In this document: one piece after another, positions 44,901 to 55,485 of the stretch
Layout: each line of letters begins with the position of its first letter
Numbering within the stretch: position 1 is the first letter of the stretch
Virus record (IMG/VR): IMGVR_UViG_3300044695_003767
Direction: 5' to 3' (one strand)
Length of the DNA stretch: 64,000 nt
From: a virus
Program-made: the position numbers and the translations under genes
The notes under the pieces: generated by a model
Told to the model about the DNA's origin: nothing
Databases searched by the model: none
The model's input: only the letters and a program-made list of their open reading frames with translations

Positions 44901-47759
44901 CATGTATTTGGTAGCAACCAGACATCAGGAACTATAACATTAGGTGGAACTGGTGGTACTGGTACAATTACTTTTGGTCGTTCTACTGCTTCCCAGACTA
45001 CTAACATTCAATCAGGTGCATCTGGTGTAGGAACAACCAAGACAATCAACTTTGGTACTGGTGGTGCTTCTGGTTCCTTTACTCAAATAAATATTGGACC
45101 AACTGCTGGAGTTGGTACTGTTGTTATTAACTCAGGAACTAGACTTGGTATTGGATCTGCAATTCCAACAGCAGCACTTGATATTGCAGGAGACGCAAGA
45201 GTTTCTGGTGTTACAACTACCAACTCTCTGAACATTGGTGCTACTCAAGTCATTAGTTCTGCAAGACAACTTCAGAACATTTCTTCACTTGATGCTACAA
45301 CAACGGCAACAATTGAATCTGCAATTGCTAATGCTCCTAATACCTTTACAGACCTTCGAGTAACTGGAATCTCAACCTTTACTAATGGACCTGTATTAAT
45401 AGGAACCGCAACAACAACAGGCACTGCATCACAACCACTTCAAGTAACTGGTGGTGCTTATATTTCTGGTAATACCGGTATAGGAACCACAACACCAACA
45501 TCAACACTTACAGTTCAGGGTGATGCAAGAGTTTCTGGTGTTACAACTACCAACTCTCTGAACATTGGTGCTACTCAAGTTATTAGTTCAGCAAGACAAC
45601 TTCAGAATATTGCTTCACTTGATGCTACGACAACGGCAACAATTGAATCTGCAATCGCTAATGCTCCTAATACTTTTGCCGATCTAAATGTTACAGGCAT
45701 CACTACTCTTGGAATCACTAGTGCCACTAACTTAACAGCACAACAACTGAATGTTTCTGGTGTTTCGACAATATCAGTCAATAGTTCTATTGACGCATTA
45801 AGAATTACTCAACTTGGAACTGGAAATGCTCTGGTAGTTGAAGATTCTACAAATCCTGATGTAACTCCTTTTGTTGTAACTAGCTCTGGTTCTGTTGGCA
45901 TTGGAACTACAGATCCAACTGATAAGTTAGAGGTGGTTGGTAGGGTTAAAATTGGTGCAGTTGGACTAAACAACGCATTTAATATAAGAAGACCAACTGA
46001 TGGTGCAGATGGGATAACAATTGGATTTGCTGCGACTGATAGTAGTAGTGAGGCAAGTTTTAAACACGGTAGTGGAAGTGGTTATTATACTATTCAGTTA
46101 AATGGAACTGGTGGAGAACAAGGTAATGGATTTAATGAGAAGTTTAGATTTACAAGTGCCGCACGACTGGGTATTGGTAAATCAAATCCTTCTGCTGAAC
46201 TTGATGTTTTTGGTGGTGCTAATTTTACCAACAGAGTATTAATAGGTTCTGCAACCTCTACTGGAACTGCATCACAAGCACTTCAAGTTACTGGTGGTGC
46301 TTATGTTTCTGGTAATCTTGGAGTTGGTGTTACAAATCCAGCATCAAATACACAAGTTGCAATTGCTGGAACATTAGGTATTAGTGAAGTCGGAGTTAAT
46401 GGAACCAGAACATTATTCACATCAAGTGGTGGTGGATTTGTATTAAATCATAACGATAATAGCAATATTAATATTCAATCACAAGGTTCAAATAGACTTG
46501 CTTATCAATTCTCAAATAATAGTTGGACTATTCCTGCTAATGGAACTGCATTGCTTATAGGAGCAGGTGCCACAACAGGAACAGCAAACCAATTACTTCG
46601 TGTAGAAGGTGGTGCTTATGTTTCTGGTAATCTTGGAGTAGGATCTACAAATCCAACATCAGCACTTACAGTTCAGGGTGATATAAGAGTTTCTGGTGTC
46701 ATAACTGCATCGCAGTTCATTAGATCTGGTGGAACCTCATCACAATTCCTTAAAGCTGATGGTTCTGTTGATTCCTCGACATATTTAACTGCAGAGTCTG
46801 ACACTTTAAATACCGTTACAAACAGAGGTAATAGTACTACTAATGGTATTTCCGTTGGAGTATTGACTGCAACTGGTATTCAAGGTATTGGAATTTATTC
46901 TGGGGGGAATCTAGTAACATCTGGTGTTATTACGGCACTGAATTTTGTTGGAACAGGTAATACGTTTGCAGTTGTTGGAAACAGAATTGATATCAGCATT
47001 TCTAGCAGTAATGCTACGAGTGGATATGCTTCAACTGCTGGTATAGCAACCTATGCAACATCAGCAGGTGTTTCAACAAATCTCAAGGGTGGTCTTGCTG
47101 GTAATATTCCTTATCAGTCTGCAGCAGATACCACAGTATTCTTAACAAACGGTGCTTCTGGAACAATACTTCAATCTAATGGAGTTGGTAATGCTCCTAC
47201 TTGGGTTCCTGCTGCTCCTGCTAATGCTATTACTGGATTGACAATAAGAGATGAAGGAACTCTTGTTGGAGGTGCAAACAGTGTTTCTCAATTAAACTTT
47301 GTTGGTAATATTGTTTCTGTTGCATCTACGGCAGGTATTGCTACAATTACATTTGTTTCACCTGGAGTTACAAGAAATGTAAGTACACACACAGCAACCG
47401 CAGGTCAAACATCATTCTCTGCAACTTATGAAGTTGGTTATGTTGATGTTTATCTTAATGGTGCTAAACTCAGTGGAACACAATATACTGCAACAAATGG
47501 AACAACAATTGAGTTAATTGAAAGTGCTTCATTAGATGATATTGTAGAAATTATTGGATTAAGTAATATTAATATTGTTGGACCTGGAGTTGGAATAGCA
47601 ACAGCAGGTGGAACTGTAGGAACTGGAGTAACTTTATTTGATTTCAGAGGATCAGGAATTTCTACAGTTGCAGTTACTTCAGGTGTAGCAACAATAAATA
47701 TAACAGGTGGAAGTTCTACTCCAGATATAAGTCCAGTAATGATGTCTATGATTTTCTAA
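41943..47759 (+). CDS. Long modular tail-fibre protein (1938 aa)
   Basis: G/S/T-rich; repeated VSGISTLG, VGIGTTxP, LQVTGGAYVSG modules; DVYLNG C-terminal domain. Confidence 0.85.
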   Translation: MAKYTSGRQKNLKVGIVSYSENLTSLEVVGKVGIGTTNAGGGSLYVVGDSYITGILTANRIFSNVYGEAIGGNTIVGTSLSISGISTLGVTSATNLTAQQLNVSGISTLGVTSATNLTAQQLNVSGITTTNNLNVTGVGTFLSGNLNIRNPANTFGYTIAGGAITADRILTLPVVTSNTGIAVTGLNQTFTGTQTFSGLTVTGTFNHTGGTGTLANNGAAAATANIATGALASGISKTINFGTGGASGSFTQINIGPISGVGTVLVNTGTNLGIGSATPTSKLDVVGDARVSGIVTATTFVGALTGIAASATQLVTPRTFEITGDVVASAISFDGTGSVSLAATIQPNSVGLGTDTTGDYVQTVSGTSNQITVTGGTGESSTPTLSLPTNLIAPEDLTVTRDLQVNRNLNVNGNITIGGSTAFVNVQELVVTDPDIILGYRTDAFGNDVSNDNTANHGGVALASTEGNPLVNLVVAGIETAPATYKKIMWFKEGTFAGLGTDAWLINYAVGIGSTQFPNGTRLAAGNVQFTQNDLAVVRNINASGVGTIARLNSTNATLTNINSTGVSTLGITTFTGAVSFGTSAYFGDGNRLYFGNTPSLDIYHSSGESYIRDIGAGNLRLETNGAAVVIATTSGESMGSFIRNGSVELYYDNVKEFETTGYGATVFGILQSQGLQVSGVSTLGITTTTNLTTQNINNSGVTTTNSLNIGATQVISSSRELQNIISLDATTTSTIEAAIANGPNTFTDLSVTGVSTLGVTSATNLTAQTLNVSGVSTLGITTFTDSVNFGSNAFFGDNDNLNFGDGNDLQIYHNGDNSYIDDVGTGNLYIRSNQTEIQKYTGETIAQFIADGAVGLYYDNVKEFETTGYGATVYGVLQSQGLQVSGISTLGVTSTTNLITQQLNVSGVGTFQSSGLKIVGQSTSFQYSIVGSAIAANRNLTLPLITSDDTVAVLGTSQSFTAAQTFSAGITATSTLTLSGSTTGTHVFGSNQTSGTITLGGTGGTGTITFGRSTASQTTNIQSGASGVGTTKTINFGTGGASGSFTQINIGPTAGVGTVVINSGTRLGIGSAIPTAALDIAGDARVSGVTTTNSLNIGATQVISSARQLQNISSLDATTTATIESAIANAPNTFTDLRVTGISTFTNGPVLIGTATTTGTASQPLQVTGGAYISGNTGIGTTTPTSTLTVQGDARVSGVTTTNSLNIGATQVISSARQLQNIASLDATTTATIESAIANAPNTFADLNVTGITTLGITSATNLTAQQLNVSGVSTISVNSSIDALRITQLGTGNALVVEDSTNPDVTPFVVTSSGSVGIGTTDPTDKLEVVGRVKIGAVGLNNAFNIRRPTDGADGITIGFAATDSSSEASFKHGSGSGYYTIQLNGTGGEQGNGFNEKFRFTSAARLGIGKSNPSAELDVFGGANFTNRVLIGSATSTGTASQALQVTGGAYVSGNLGVGVTNPASNTQVAIAGTLGISEVGVNGTRTLFTSSGGGFVLNHNDNSNINIQSQGSNRLAYQFSNNSWTIPANGTALLIGAGATTGTANQLLRVEGGAYVSGNLGVGSTNPTSALTVQGDIRVSGVITASQFIRSGGTSSQFLKADGSVDSSTYLTAESDTLNTVTNRGNSTTNGISVGVLTATGIQGIGIYSGGNLVTSGVITALNFVGTGNTFAVVGNRIDISISSSNATSGYASTAGIATYATSAGVSTNLKGGLAGNIPYQSAADTTVFLTNGASGTILQSNGVGNAPTWVPAAPANAITGLTIRDEGTLVGGANSVSQLNFVGNIVSVASTAGIATITFVSPGVTRNVSTHTATAGQTSFSATYEVGYVDVYLNGAKLSGTQYTATNGTTIELIESASLDDIVEIIGLSNINIVGPGVGIATAGGTVGTGVTLFDFRGSGISTVAVTSGVATINITGGSSTPDISPVMMSMIF

Positions 47760-47760
47760 A

Positions 47761-48123
47761 ATGGCAGCACCAAATCTTAAAAATCCAAATACAATCACCG
47801 GTATTACTTCAAGTGTAAGTATTAATACTGCATCAATTACTGGTATTCTCACTAATACTGCGAATAGTAATAAAGTCTTCAAAATTAATACTATTTTTGC
47901 CGCAAATGTAGGGACGACAACTGCTACTAATGTAAGTATCAGTGTTTTGAGAGGTGGAACTGATGTGTATCTTGCAAAATCAATATCAGTCCCTGTCGGA
48001 ACAACTCAAATAATATCAACGAAAGAGACATATTTTTATCTTGAAGAAAACGTTGGAATTAGGGGGCAGGCATCTTCTGCTAATACCATTGATGTGACAA
48101 TTTCTTATGAGGAGATTTCATAA
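47761..48123 (+). CDS. Small fibre adaptor/structural protein
   Basis: MAAPNL...KINTIFAANV...YLEE...ISYEEIS. Confidence 0.7.
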   Translation: MAAPNLKNPNTITGITSSVSINTASITGILTNTANSNKVFKINTIFAANVGTTTATNVSISVLRGGTDVYLAKSISVPVGTTQIISTKETYFYLEENVGIRGQASSANTIDVTISYEEIS

Positions 48124-51100
48124 TGGTTAGAAAACTGATAGGAAATGCTAATCAAATATCAGGTATCTATGAACTTGATGATAGTGCTTCTTTATCCAAT
48201 AAATTAGATAATTTAAGTAGGTATGTTTATGATAACAAATCAACTCCTCTTATTCCGGGAAACATAGGTAATATTACTGATTTATACATTTCACCAGACG
48301 AAACAAAACTTTATGTAATAGATTCATCTGCTGATACAATTTATCAAAATTCTCTTTCTGATGGTTATATATTTTCAGATTATAATAATCTAAAATCATT
48401 TTTGTTGTCTGGTCAAGACGGATCACCACAAGGGGTCTATATTGGTGCTGCTGGAACGGCAATGTATATCGTTGGAAACACAAATGATACAATCTATCAG
48501 TACACCTTAAGTACTGCATATGATGTTTCTACGATATCTTATTCGGGCATATCATCACTTATATCGGCAAGAGAAACGAATCCAACAGATATAACTTTTA
48601 GTGATGATGGCACTAAGGTTTATGTTGTAGGTCAAACTGCTGCTGGCGCTGGATTGATTTCTTTGGGAGAATATGTTCATCAATTTAACTTAACCACTGC
48701 CTGGAATGTTGGTACTGCTGGATACTCTACAAGTTTTTATGTAAATCCCCAAACTTCTACAGCACCAAATGGTCTTACTATTGGTGCTGGTGGTACTGCA
48801 ATGTACGTGAATAACTCCACCACTGTGTACCAATATACCTTAGGAACTGCTTGGCAAGTCAATACTGCTTCTTATACGAATAAGTCTCTTCTTGTAAGTG
48901 GTCAAGACACAACCCAGTCATCAATTTATTTTAAAGATGATGGTACTAAGCTTTATACTGTAGGTGCAATTAATGACAACGTATATGAATATTCTCTAGG
49001 TATTCCGTGGGACATTAGTACCGCATCTTATGATACTGAGTTCTTTTATGTCGGTGCTCAGGATGCAACATCAACAGGACTTTATATTGCCCCCGATGGA
49101 AAAAACGTTTATGTTACGGGATCTACTAGCAGTAGAGTTAATCAATATCCTTTGAGAACTGCGTGGGATCTTAAAACGGTTGATGTTACACCATCTCTTT
49201 TTATAGGATTTTTGGAAGGTACTGCACAATCACTTTATTTCAAACCTGATGGCACTTCAGTTTATATTTTAGGATCCGTTGGAGATAGAATTTATCAAAT
49301 TCCATTAAATACTCCTTGGGACCTTAGAACTTCTGGAATATCATCTATAAGTGCCTATCCTGTTGCTGCTCAAGACATAACATCAGTAGGAGTTTACATT
49401 GGTGCTGCTGGAACTGCTATGTATATCGTTGGATCCACAAGTGACACGATTTATCAATATACCTTAGGAACTGCATATGATGTTTCTACAGCATCTTATT
49501 CTGGTATATCATCTGTTATATCTGCAAGAGAAACGGATCCAACAGATATAACTTTTAGTGATGATGGCACTAAGGTTTATGTTGTGGGTCAAACTGGTGT
49601 TGGTTTACCCGTTGCTTCAGGAGAATATGTTCACCAATTTAACTTAAGCACTGCCTGGAATGTTGGTACTGCAGGTTACTCAACAAGTTTTAATGTCAGT
49701 CAAGAATCAGCACCAACAGGAGTTTATATTGGTGCTGCGGGCACAGCAATGTATGTAGTTGGAACCGCAAATGATACAGTATATCAATACACATTGGGGA
49801 CTGCCTGGCAAGTCAATACTGCTTCTTATACAAATGTAAGTTTTTCTATAAATACTCAAGATGCTGGCCCACAATCAATTTATTTTAAAGATGATGGGAC
49901 CAAGATGTATATGTTGGGATCTACCAATGATGCCATACATCAATATTCTCTAAGCACTGCTTGGAATGTTAGCACTGCATCTTATGAGAATAAGAGTCTT
50001 TATGTTGGAGCACACGAAGGAACATCAAATGGACTTTATTTCAGTCCTGATGGTACAAGTATTTATATAGTTGGATCTGGCAATGATAGGGTTGTTAGAT
50101 ATCCACTTTCTACTGCTTGGGATATTTCTACTTGGGTTCAATCGTTTTATGTTGGAACTCAAGAAACAGTACCAAATGCAATTTACTTTAAACCTGATGG
50201 AACTATAGTTTATATATTGGGAACTTCTCAAGATACAATTTTTCAATATTCTTTAACCACACCTTGGGATCTTACTACAGCATCTTATACTAACAAGAGT
50301 TTTTCTATCACACTTTTTGAGGTAACACCAACAGGTCTTCATTTTAGCAGTGATGGAACTAGAGTTTATGTTGTGGGTAATACTAATGATAGAGTTCATT
50401 TATTTAAATTAGCAACTGCGTGGGATATTAGTACTGCATTTAATCCTTACAATATTAAGAGTTTTTCTGTTAATTCTCAAGACACTTCACCACAAGGGGT
50501 CTATATTGGTGCTGATGGCACGGCAATGTACATAATGGGAGATACTAATAATACAATCTATCAGTACACCTTAGGTACTGCATATGATGTTTCTACAGCA
50601 TCTTATTCGGGAATATCTTCTAATATAACCACAAGAGAAACTGTTCCACAAGATCTAACTTTTAGTGATGATGGCACTAAGGTTTATGTTGTAGGTCAAG
50701 CTGCTGCTGGCGCTGGACTAATTGCGGGTGCCGAATATGTTCATCAATTTAATTTAACCACTGCCTGGAATGTTGGTACTGCTGGATACTCTACAAGTTT
50801 TTATGTGACTACTCAAACTAGTTCAACACCAGCTGGTCTTACTATTGGTGCTGGTGGTACTGCAATGTATGTCAATAATAGCTCTAACGTTTATCAATAT
50901 ACCTTAGGAACTGCTTGGGAAGTCAATACTTCTTCTTATACAAGTAAGACTTTTGTTATAAGTACTCAAGATGCTGGCCCACAATCAATTTATTTTAAAG
51001 ATAATGGAACCAAGATGTATATGTTGGGATCTATCAATGATGCTATATATCAATATTCTCTAAGTACTCCGTGGGACATTAGTACCACATCTTCTGATAC

Positions 51101-51368
51101 TAAATTATTTAATGTCGGAGGTCAAGAGACAAATGCAAATGGACTTTATTTCAAACCCGATGGCAAAACTGTTTATATAGTTGGATCTACTGGTGATGCT
51201 GTGGTTTCTTATGACTTAGATATTCCTTGGGAGATATCATCTTTTAGTAAGTCTTTGAATGTTGCTACACAAGAGGTTGGTTCTACAGGAGTTAGGTTAA
51301 CTGAGGATCTATCAAAATTATACATTGTTGGATCTGCAAGATTGAATTCTTATGATTTTCTTACTTAA
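48123..51368 (+). CDS. Multi-beta-propeller repeat protein (probable receptor-binding/structural)
   Basis: About 20 repeats of ~50 aa: F[KS]xDGTxxYxxG...YQYxLxTAWD[IV]STA. Confidence 0.8.
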   Translation: MVRKLIGNANQISGIYELDDSASLSNKLDNLSRYVYDNKSTPLIPGNIGNITDLYISPDETKLYVIDSSADTIYQNSLSDGYIFSDYNNLKSFLLSGQDGSPQGVYIGAAGTAMYIVGNTNDTIYQYTLSTAYDVSTISYSGISSLISARETNPTDITFSDDGTKVYVVGQTAAGAGLISLGEYVHQFNLTTAWNVGTAGYSTSFYVNPQTSTAPNGLTIGAGGTAMYVNNSTTVYQYTLGTAWQVNTASYTNKSLLVSGQDTTQSSIYFKDDGTKLYTVGAINDNVYEYSLGIPWDISTASYDTEFFYVGAQDATSTGLYIAPDGKNVYVTGSTSSRVNQYPLRTAWDLKTVDVTPSLFIGFLEGTAQSLYFKPDGTSVYILGSVGDRIYQIPLNTPWDLRTSGISSISAYPVAAQDITSVGVYIGAAGTAMYIVGSTSDTIYQYTLGTAYDVSTASYSGISSVISARETDPTDITFSDDGTKVYVVGQTGVGLPVASGEYVHQFNLSTAWNVGTAGYSTSFNVSQESAPTGVYIGAAGTAMYVVGTANDTVYQYTLGTAWQVNTASYTNVSFSINTQDAGPQSIYFKDDGTKMYMLGSTNDAIHQYSLSTAWNVSTASYENKSLYVGAHEGTSNGLYFSPDGTSIYIVGSGNDRVVRYPLSTAWDISTWVQSFYVGTQETVPNAIYFKPDGTIVYILGTSQDTIFQYSLTTPWDLTTASYTNKSFSITLFEVTPTGLHFSSDGTRVYVVGNTNDRVHLFKLATAWDISTAFNPYNIKSFSVNSQDTSPQGVYIGADGTAMYIMGDTNNTIYQYTLGTAYDVSTASYSGISSNITTRETVPQDLTFSDDGTKVYVVGQAAAGAGLIAGAEYVHQFNLTTAWNVGTAGYSTSFYVTTQTSSTPAGLTIGAGGTAMYVNNSSNVYQYTLGTAWEVNTSSYTSKTFVISTQDAGPQSIYFKDNGTKMYMLGSINDAIYQYSLSTPWDISTTSSDTKLFNVGGQETNANGLYFKPDGKTVYIVGSTGDAVVSYDLDIPWEISSFSKSLNVATQEVGSTGVRLTEDLSKLYIVGSARLNSYDFLT

Positions 51369-51399
51369 TCGTAATCAAATAAATATTTAAAAAATACCA

Positions 51400-54300
51400 A
51401 TGGCAGACAGAACAAGATATACTGCTAACTTAGTTTCTGATAATAATCTGTATGTAGATCCAACTACAGATAGGGTTGGTATAGGAACCACAAATCCAAC
51501 ATCAAAACTCTATGTTGTTGGTGATACTTATGTAACTGGAATTTTAACAGCAAATAGAATTTTCAGTAACGTTTATGGTGAATTTACGGGTGGATCAATA
51601 AGTGGTGCTGATATTGTTGGAACAGCATTAAGTATTTCAGGAATCTCCACCTTTACTAATGGACCTGTGTTCATTGGTTCTGGAACATCAACAGGAACAG
51701 CATCACAAAGACTTCAAGTAACTGGTGGTGCTTATGTTTCTGGTAATCTTGGTATAGGTCTTACAAATCCATCGCAATCTCTACACGTTCAAGGTAACGC
51801 CAGAGTTACTGGTGCGGTTTATGATTCTACAAATTCTGCAGGAACATCGGGTCAGGTTCTTCAATCAACTGTAACTGGGACACAGTGGGTTTCTGCCGCT
51901 CCTGCTGGTGCTGTTACTGGTTTAGTAATTAGAGATTCTAACAATAATATTGTTGGATCATCTGGTAGTATAACTCAATTAACTTTTGGTAGTGGATTTG
52001 GTGTAACTGGAACTACAGGTCCTGCTGGTATTGCTACCGTTACACTATCCAGTAATCTTGTAGGAACATCATTATCTATTTCTGGTATAAGTACTCTTGG
52101 TGTTACTAGTACCACTAACTTAACAGCACAGCAACTGAATGTTTCTGGTGTTGTTACTGCTACTTCATTCTATGGATCTGGTGCTAATTTAACAGGATTA
52201 ATTGCGAATACCGTAGCAACATCTTCTACAACGACACCGCAATTTATTGGATTCTTAACCACTAACTCTGGAATTAGTACTTCTATTTTAGCAAGTTCCA
52301 CTTTAACTTATATTCCTTCATCTGGAAATTTGGGTATAGGGACCACTGCACCAACATCAAAACTTGACGTAGTTGGTAATGTAAGAGTTTCTGGTATTTC
52401 TACCCTCGGTATTACTTCCACTACTAATCTAACAGCACAGCAACTTAATGTTTCTGGAATTTCTACATTCCAATCAAGTAACTTAAAGGTAAGAAACCCA
52501 ACAAACACTTTTGAGTATTCTATTGTTGGTTCTGCAATTGCAGCAAATAGAAATCTTACGATACCTTTACTTACTGGTGATGATACTATTGCAACTCTTG
52601 GTTTAGATCAAACTTTTACTGGTAATCAAACTTTCGGTGGAACATTATCTGCAACAGCAACAATTAGCTTAAGTGGTGCTGGTGCAGGCGCTCACTTGTT
52701 CGGTAGCAACCAAACAACAGGAAGTTTAACATTTGGTGGGACTTCTGGTACTGGCAATATTACTTTTGGTCGCGCTACAACATCTCAAACAACTAATATT
52801 CAAGCAGGTGTTACTGCTTCTGGAAACCAAAAAACAATCAACCTTGGTACTAGTGGTGCTTCTGGATCCTTTACTCAAATCAATATTGGTCCAGGTCCTT
52901 CTGCTGGTGTTGGTACTGTTTTAATTAATACCGGCACTAGACTCGGTATTGGTTCTGCAATTCCAAGAGCAGCACTTGATGTTGCAGGAGATGTAAGAGT
53001 TTCTGGTGTCGTCACAGCAACTACTTTTGTTGGTGCATTAACAGGTACTGCTACCACAGCAACAAAACTTGAAACCGCAAGAACGTTCCAAATCACTGGT
53101 GACGTTGTTGCTTCTGCTATTTCCTTTGATGGTACCGGTAATGTATCATTAGCAGCTACCATTCAACCCAATAGTGTTGGTTTAGGAACAGATACGACTG
53201 GTGATTATGTAACAAACATTACAGGAACTTCAAACCAAATCACAGTTACTTCTGGAACTGGAGAAGGTTCGACACCTACATTAAGTATTCCAAGTCAATT
53301 TACAGCACCACAAGATGTAACAGTTACTAGAGATCTACAAGTCAATCGTAACTTAAATGTCAATGGCAATATTACAATTGGTGGAACATCTGCAGCATTA
53401 TTTTCACAAACATTAAGTATATTTGACCCAGACATTGTTCTTGGTTATAGGACTGATGCATTTGGGAATGATGTTTCGAATGATAGTACTGCAAATCACG
53501 GTGGTGTTGCTCTTGCATCTACTGAAGGAACTCCACTGGTTGATCTTTTTATTGCTGGTATTGAAACTAATCCTTCCACATATAAGAAAATTATGTGGTT
53601 CAAGTCTGGTACTTTTAGTGGACTTGGAACTGATGCTTGGTTAATTAACTATGCTGTTGGTATTGGTTCCACTCAAGTACCCAATGAAGTAAGACTTGCT
53701 GCTGGTAATGTCCAATTCACCCAAAATGATTTAGCAGTCGTAAGAAACATTAATGCAAGTGGTGTTGTAACCGCAATATCATTTAGTGGTAATGCTTCAA
53801 GTGCTACTTACGCCACAACAGCAGGAGTATCTACATCAGTTATTGGTGGTATTGGTTCCATAACTCAATTAAGTGTTTCTGGTGTCTCAACAGTCGGTTT
53901 CTTAACGGCAACTGGTATTTGGAATGCTGGTATTACAACCTCTTCAAGAATTACCCTCAACGGAGCAAACAACACCGCAGACGGTGGAGGACAAATATAT
54001 CTCAACGGAGCAACAGGAAATCGTATTGACTTTAATACAAATGGTATTGCTACTCCTACGTTTACAACAAGAAGTGCAGGAACCAAGATAGTTTTATATC
54101 CAACTAGTACTCCTAGTACTTCTGTTGATTATGCATTTGGTATTGCTAGTAATATTTTATGGTCTTCTGTTAATGATTCCGGAGCATCATTTAGATGGTA
54201 TGCAGGAACCACACAACTCGCAGACCTCAAAGGAACTGGTGAGTTAGTTATTGGTTCTACAAGTCTCACTGGAACCGCATCACAAAGACTTCAAGTGACT

Positions 54301-55485
54301 GGTGGTGCTTATGTCAGTGGTTCTGTTGGAATTGCAACTACAAACCCAGTAGCATCTCTCCAAGTCAAAGATGCACTGGCATTTGAGACCACAAACACCA
54401 CAACCACAACTACCTCGCAAGTCGCAGTAGATACTTTCGCAACGGCAACATTCCGTTCTGCAAAATATCAGGCACAAATCACCTGTCCTGGTCAAATCTC
54501 AGTCTTGGGTGGCATCACAACTGGTGGAAGAGGATACACTGCTGGAACATTCAATGTGACCTTCACAACCTCTTCTGGTAATGGTTCAGCAGCACAAGGA
54601 ACTCTAGTAGTTTCAAATGGAACTGTAGGACAAATTAGTGTTTCTTCTGGTGGTTCTGGTTATACTGCTGGTGATGTTCTCACAGCATCAGGTGGTTCAG
54701 GACTTCAAGTTTCTGTCGGCACAACTTCAGGAACAGGTGCTATTCTCACTCTTGGTTCAATTACAAGTGCTGGTATTGGTTACACTGCTGGCGTTGGAGT
54801 TGGAACTACATCTCTTACATTCTTGGGTGGAACTGGAACTGGTGCCGTAGGACTTGCAACGATCTTTGATGGTGTAATTACAAGTTCTACATTACTCCAA
54901 CAACCAACTACAGGAACTGGTGGAACCACTTACTATTCTGGTTCTAACTATTCAACAGCATCAGTTCTTTCAGTCACTAGATCTGATTTGACAAATACCA
55001 TCACAACAATCACTGGTTCTGTCGGTGTTTCTACATTTACATCACTTACAACACACGGATTATTTGTAAATGATATTATTCGTTCTTCAAGTACATCTAA
55101 TGGATTAACTGCTGGTACTGATTATTATGTTGTGACCACTCCAACTACAACAACATTTACACTTGGAACTTCTCTTGGTGTTGGAATTACATTCACTGCA
55201 GGAACTTCACTTTCAATTGGTTTCTTCCGCAATAGTGCAAATGCTGGTGGACAAGTTGCTTATACAAATGCAATCACTGGAGTTTCGACAAATCATCAGG
55301 TCAGTGATTTGATGGTTCTTCAAAATGGAACTAATGCTGACTTTATTGAATATGCAACGATTGCAAATGATGATGTTCTTGGAACGTTTGCTGCTGATAT
55401 TTCTGGTGCGAATGCAAGATTATTATTCACGCCAACCTATCCAAACAATACCATTAAAGTCGCAAGACAGGCAATTACGGTATGA
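51400..55485 (+). CDS. Long modular tail-fibre protein (1361 aa)
   Basis: Late promoter ~51380; shares large modules with 41943..47759; FRSAKYQ...YATI C-terminal domain interrupted by an insertion. Confidence 0.85.
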   Translation: MADRTRYTANLVSDNNLYVDPTTDRVGIGTTNPTSKLYVVGDTYVTGILTANRIFSNVYGEFTGGSISGADIVGTALSISGISTFTNGPVFIGSGTSTGTASQRLQVTGGAYVSGNLGIGLTNPSQSLHVQGNARVTGAVYDSTNSAGTSGQVLQSTVTGTQWVSAAPAGAVTGLVIRDSNNNIVGSSGSITQLTFGSGFGVTGTTGPAGIATVTLSSNLVGTSLSISGISTLGVTSTTNLTAQQLNVSGVVTATSFYGSGANLTGLIANTVATSSTTTPQFIGFLTTNSGISTSILASSTLTYIPSSGNLGIGTTAPTSKLDVVGNVRVSGISTLGITSTTNLTAQQLNVSGISTFQSSNLKVRNPTNTFEYSIVGSAIAANRNLTIPLLTGDDTIATLGLDQTFTGNQTFGGTLSATATISLSGAGAGAHLFGSNQTTGSLTFGGTSGTGNITFGRATTSQTTNIQAGVTASGNQKTINLGTSGASGSFTQINIGPGPSAGVGTVLINTGTRLGIGSAIPRAALDVAGDVRVSGVVTATTFVGALTGTATTATKLETARTFQITGDVVASAISFDGTGNVSLAATIQPNSVGLGTDTTGDYVTNITGTSNQITVTSGTGEGSTPTLSIPSQFTAPQDVTVTRDLQVNRNLNVNGNITIGGTSAALFSQTLSIFDPDIVLGYRTDAFGNDVSNDSTANHGGVALASTEGTPLVDLFIAGIETNPSTYKKIMWFKSGTFSGLGTDAWLINYAVGIGSTQVPNEVRLAAGNVQFTQNDLAVVRNINASGVVTAISFSGNASSATYATTAGVSTSVIGGIGSITQLSVSGVSTVGFLTATGIWNAGITTSSRITLNGANNTADGGGQIYLNGATGNRIDFNTNGIATPTFTTRSAGTKIVLYPTSTPSTSVDYAFGIASNILWSSVNDSGASFRWYAGTTQLADLKGTGELVIGSTSLTGTASQRLQVTGGAYVSGSVGIATTNPVASLQVKDALAFETTNTTTTTTSQVAVDTFATATFRSAKYQAQITCPGQISVLGGITTGGRGYTAGTFNVTFTTSSGNGSAAQGTLVVSNGTVGQISVSSGGSGYTAGDVLTASGGSGLQVSVGTTSGTGAILTLGSITSAGIGYTAGVGVGTTSLTFLGGTGTGAVGLATIFDGVITSSTLLQQPTTGTGGTTYYSGSNYSTASVLSVTRSDLTNTITTITGSVGVSTFTSLTTHGLFVNDIIRSSSTSNGLTAGTDYYVVTTPTTTTFTLGTSLGVGITFTAGTSLSIGFFRNSANAGGQVAYTNAITGVSTNHQVSDLMVLQNGTNADFIEYATIANDDVLGTFAADISGANARLLFTPTYPNNTIKVARQAITV

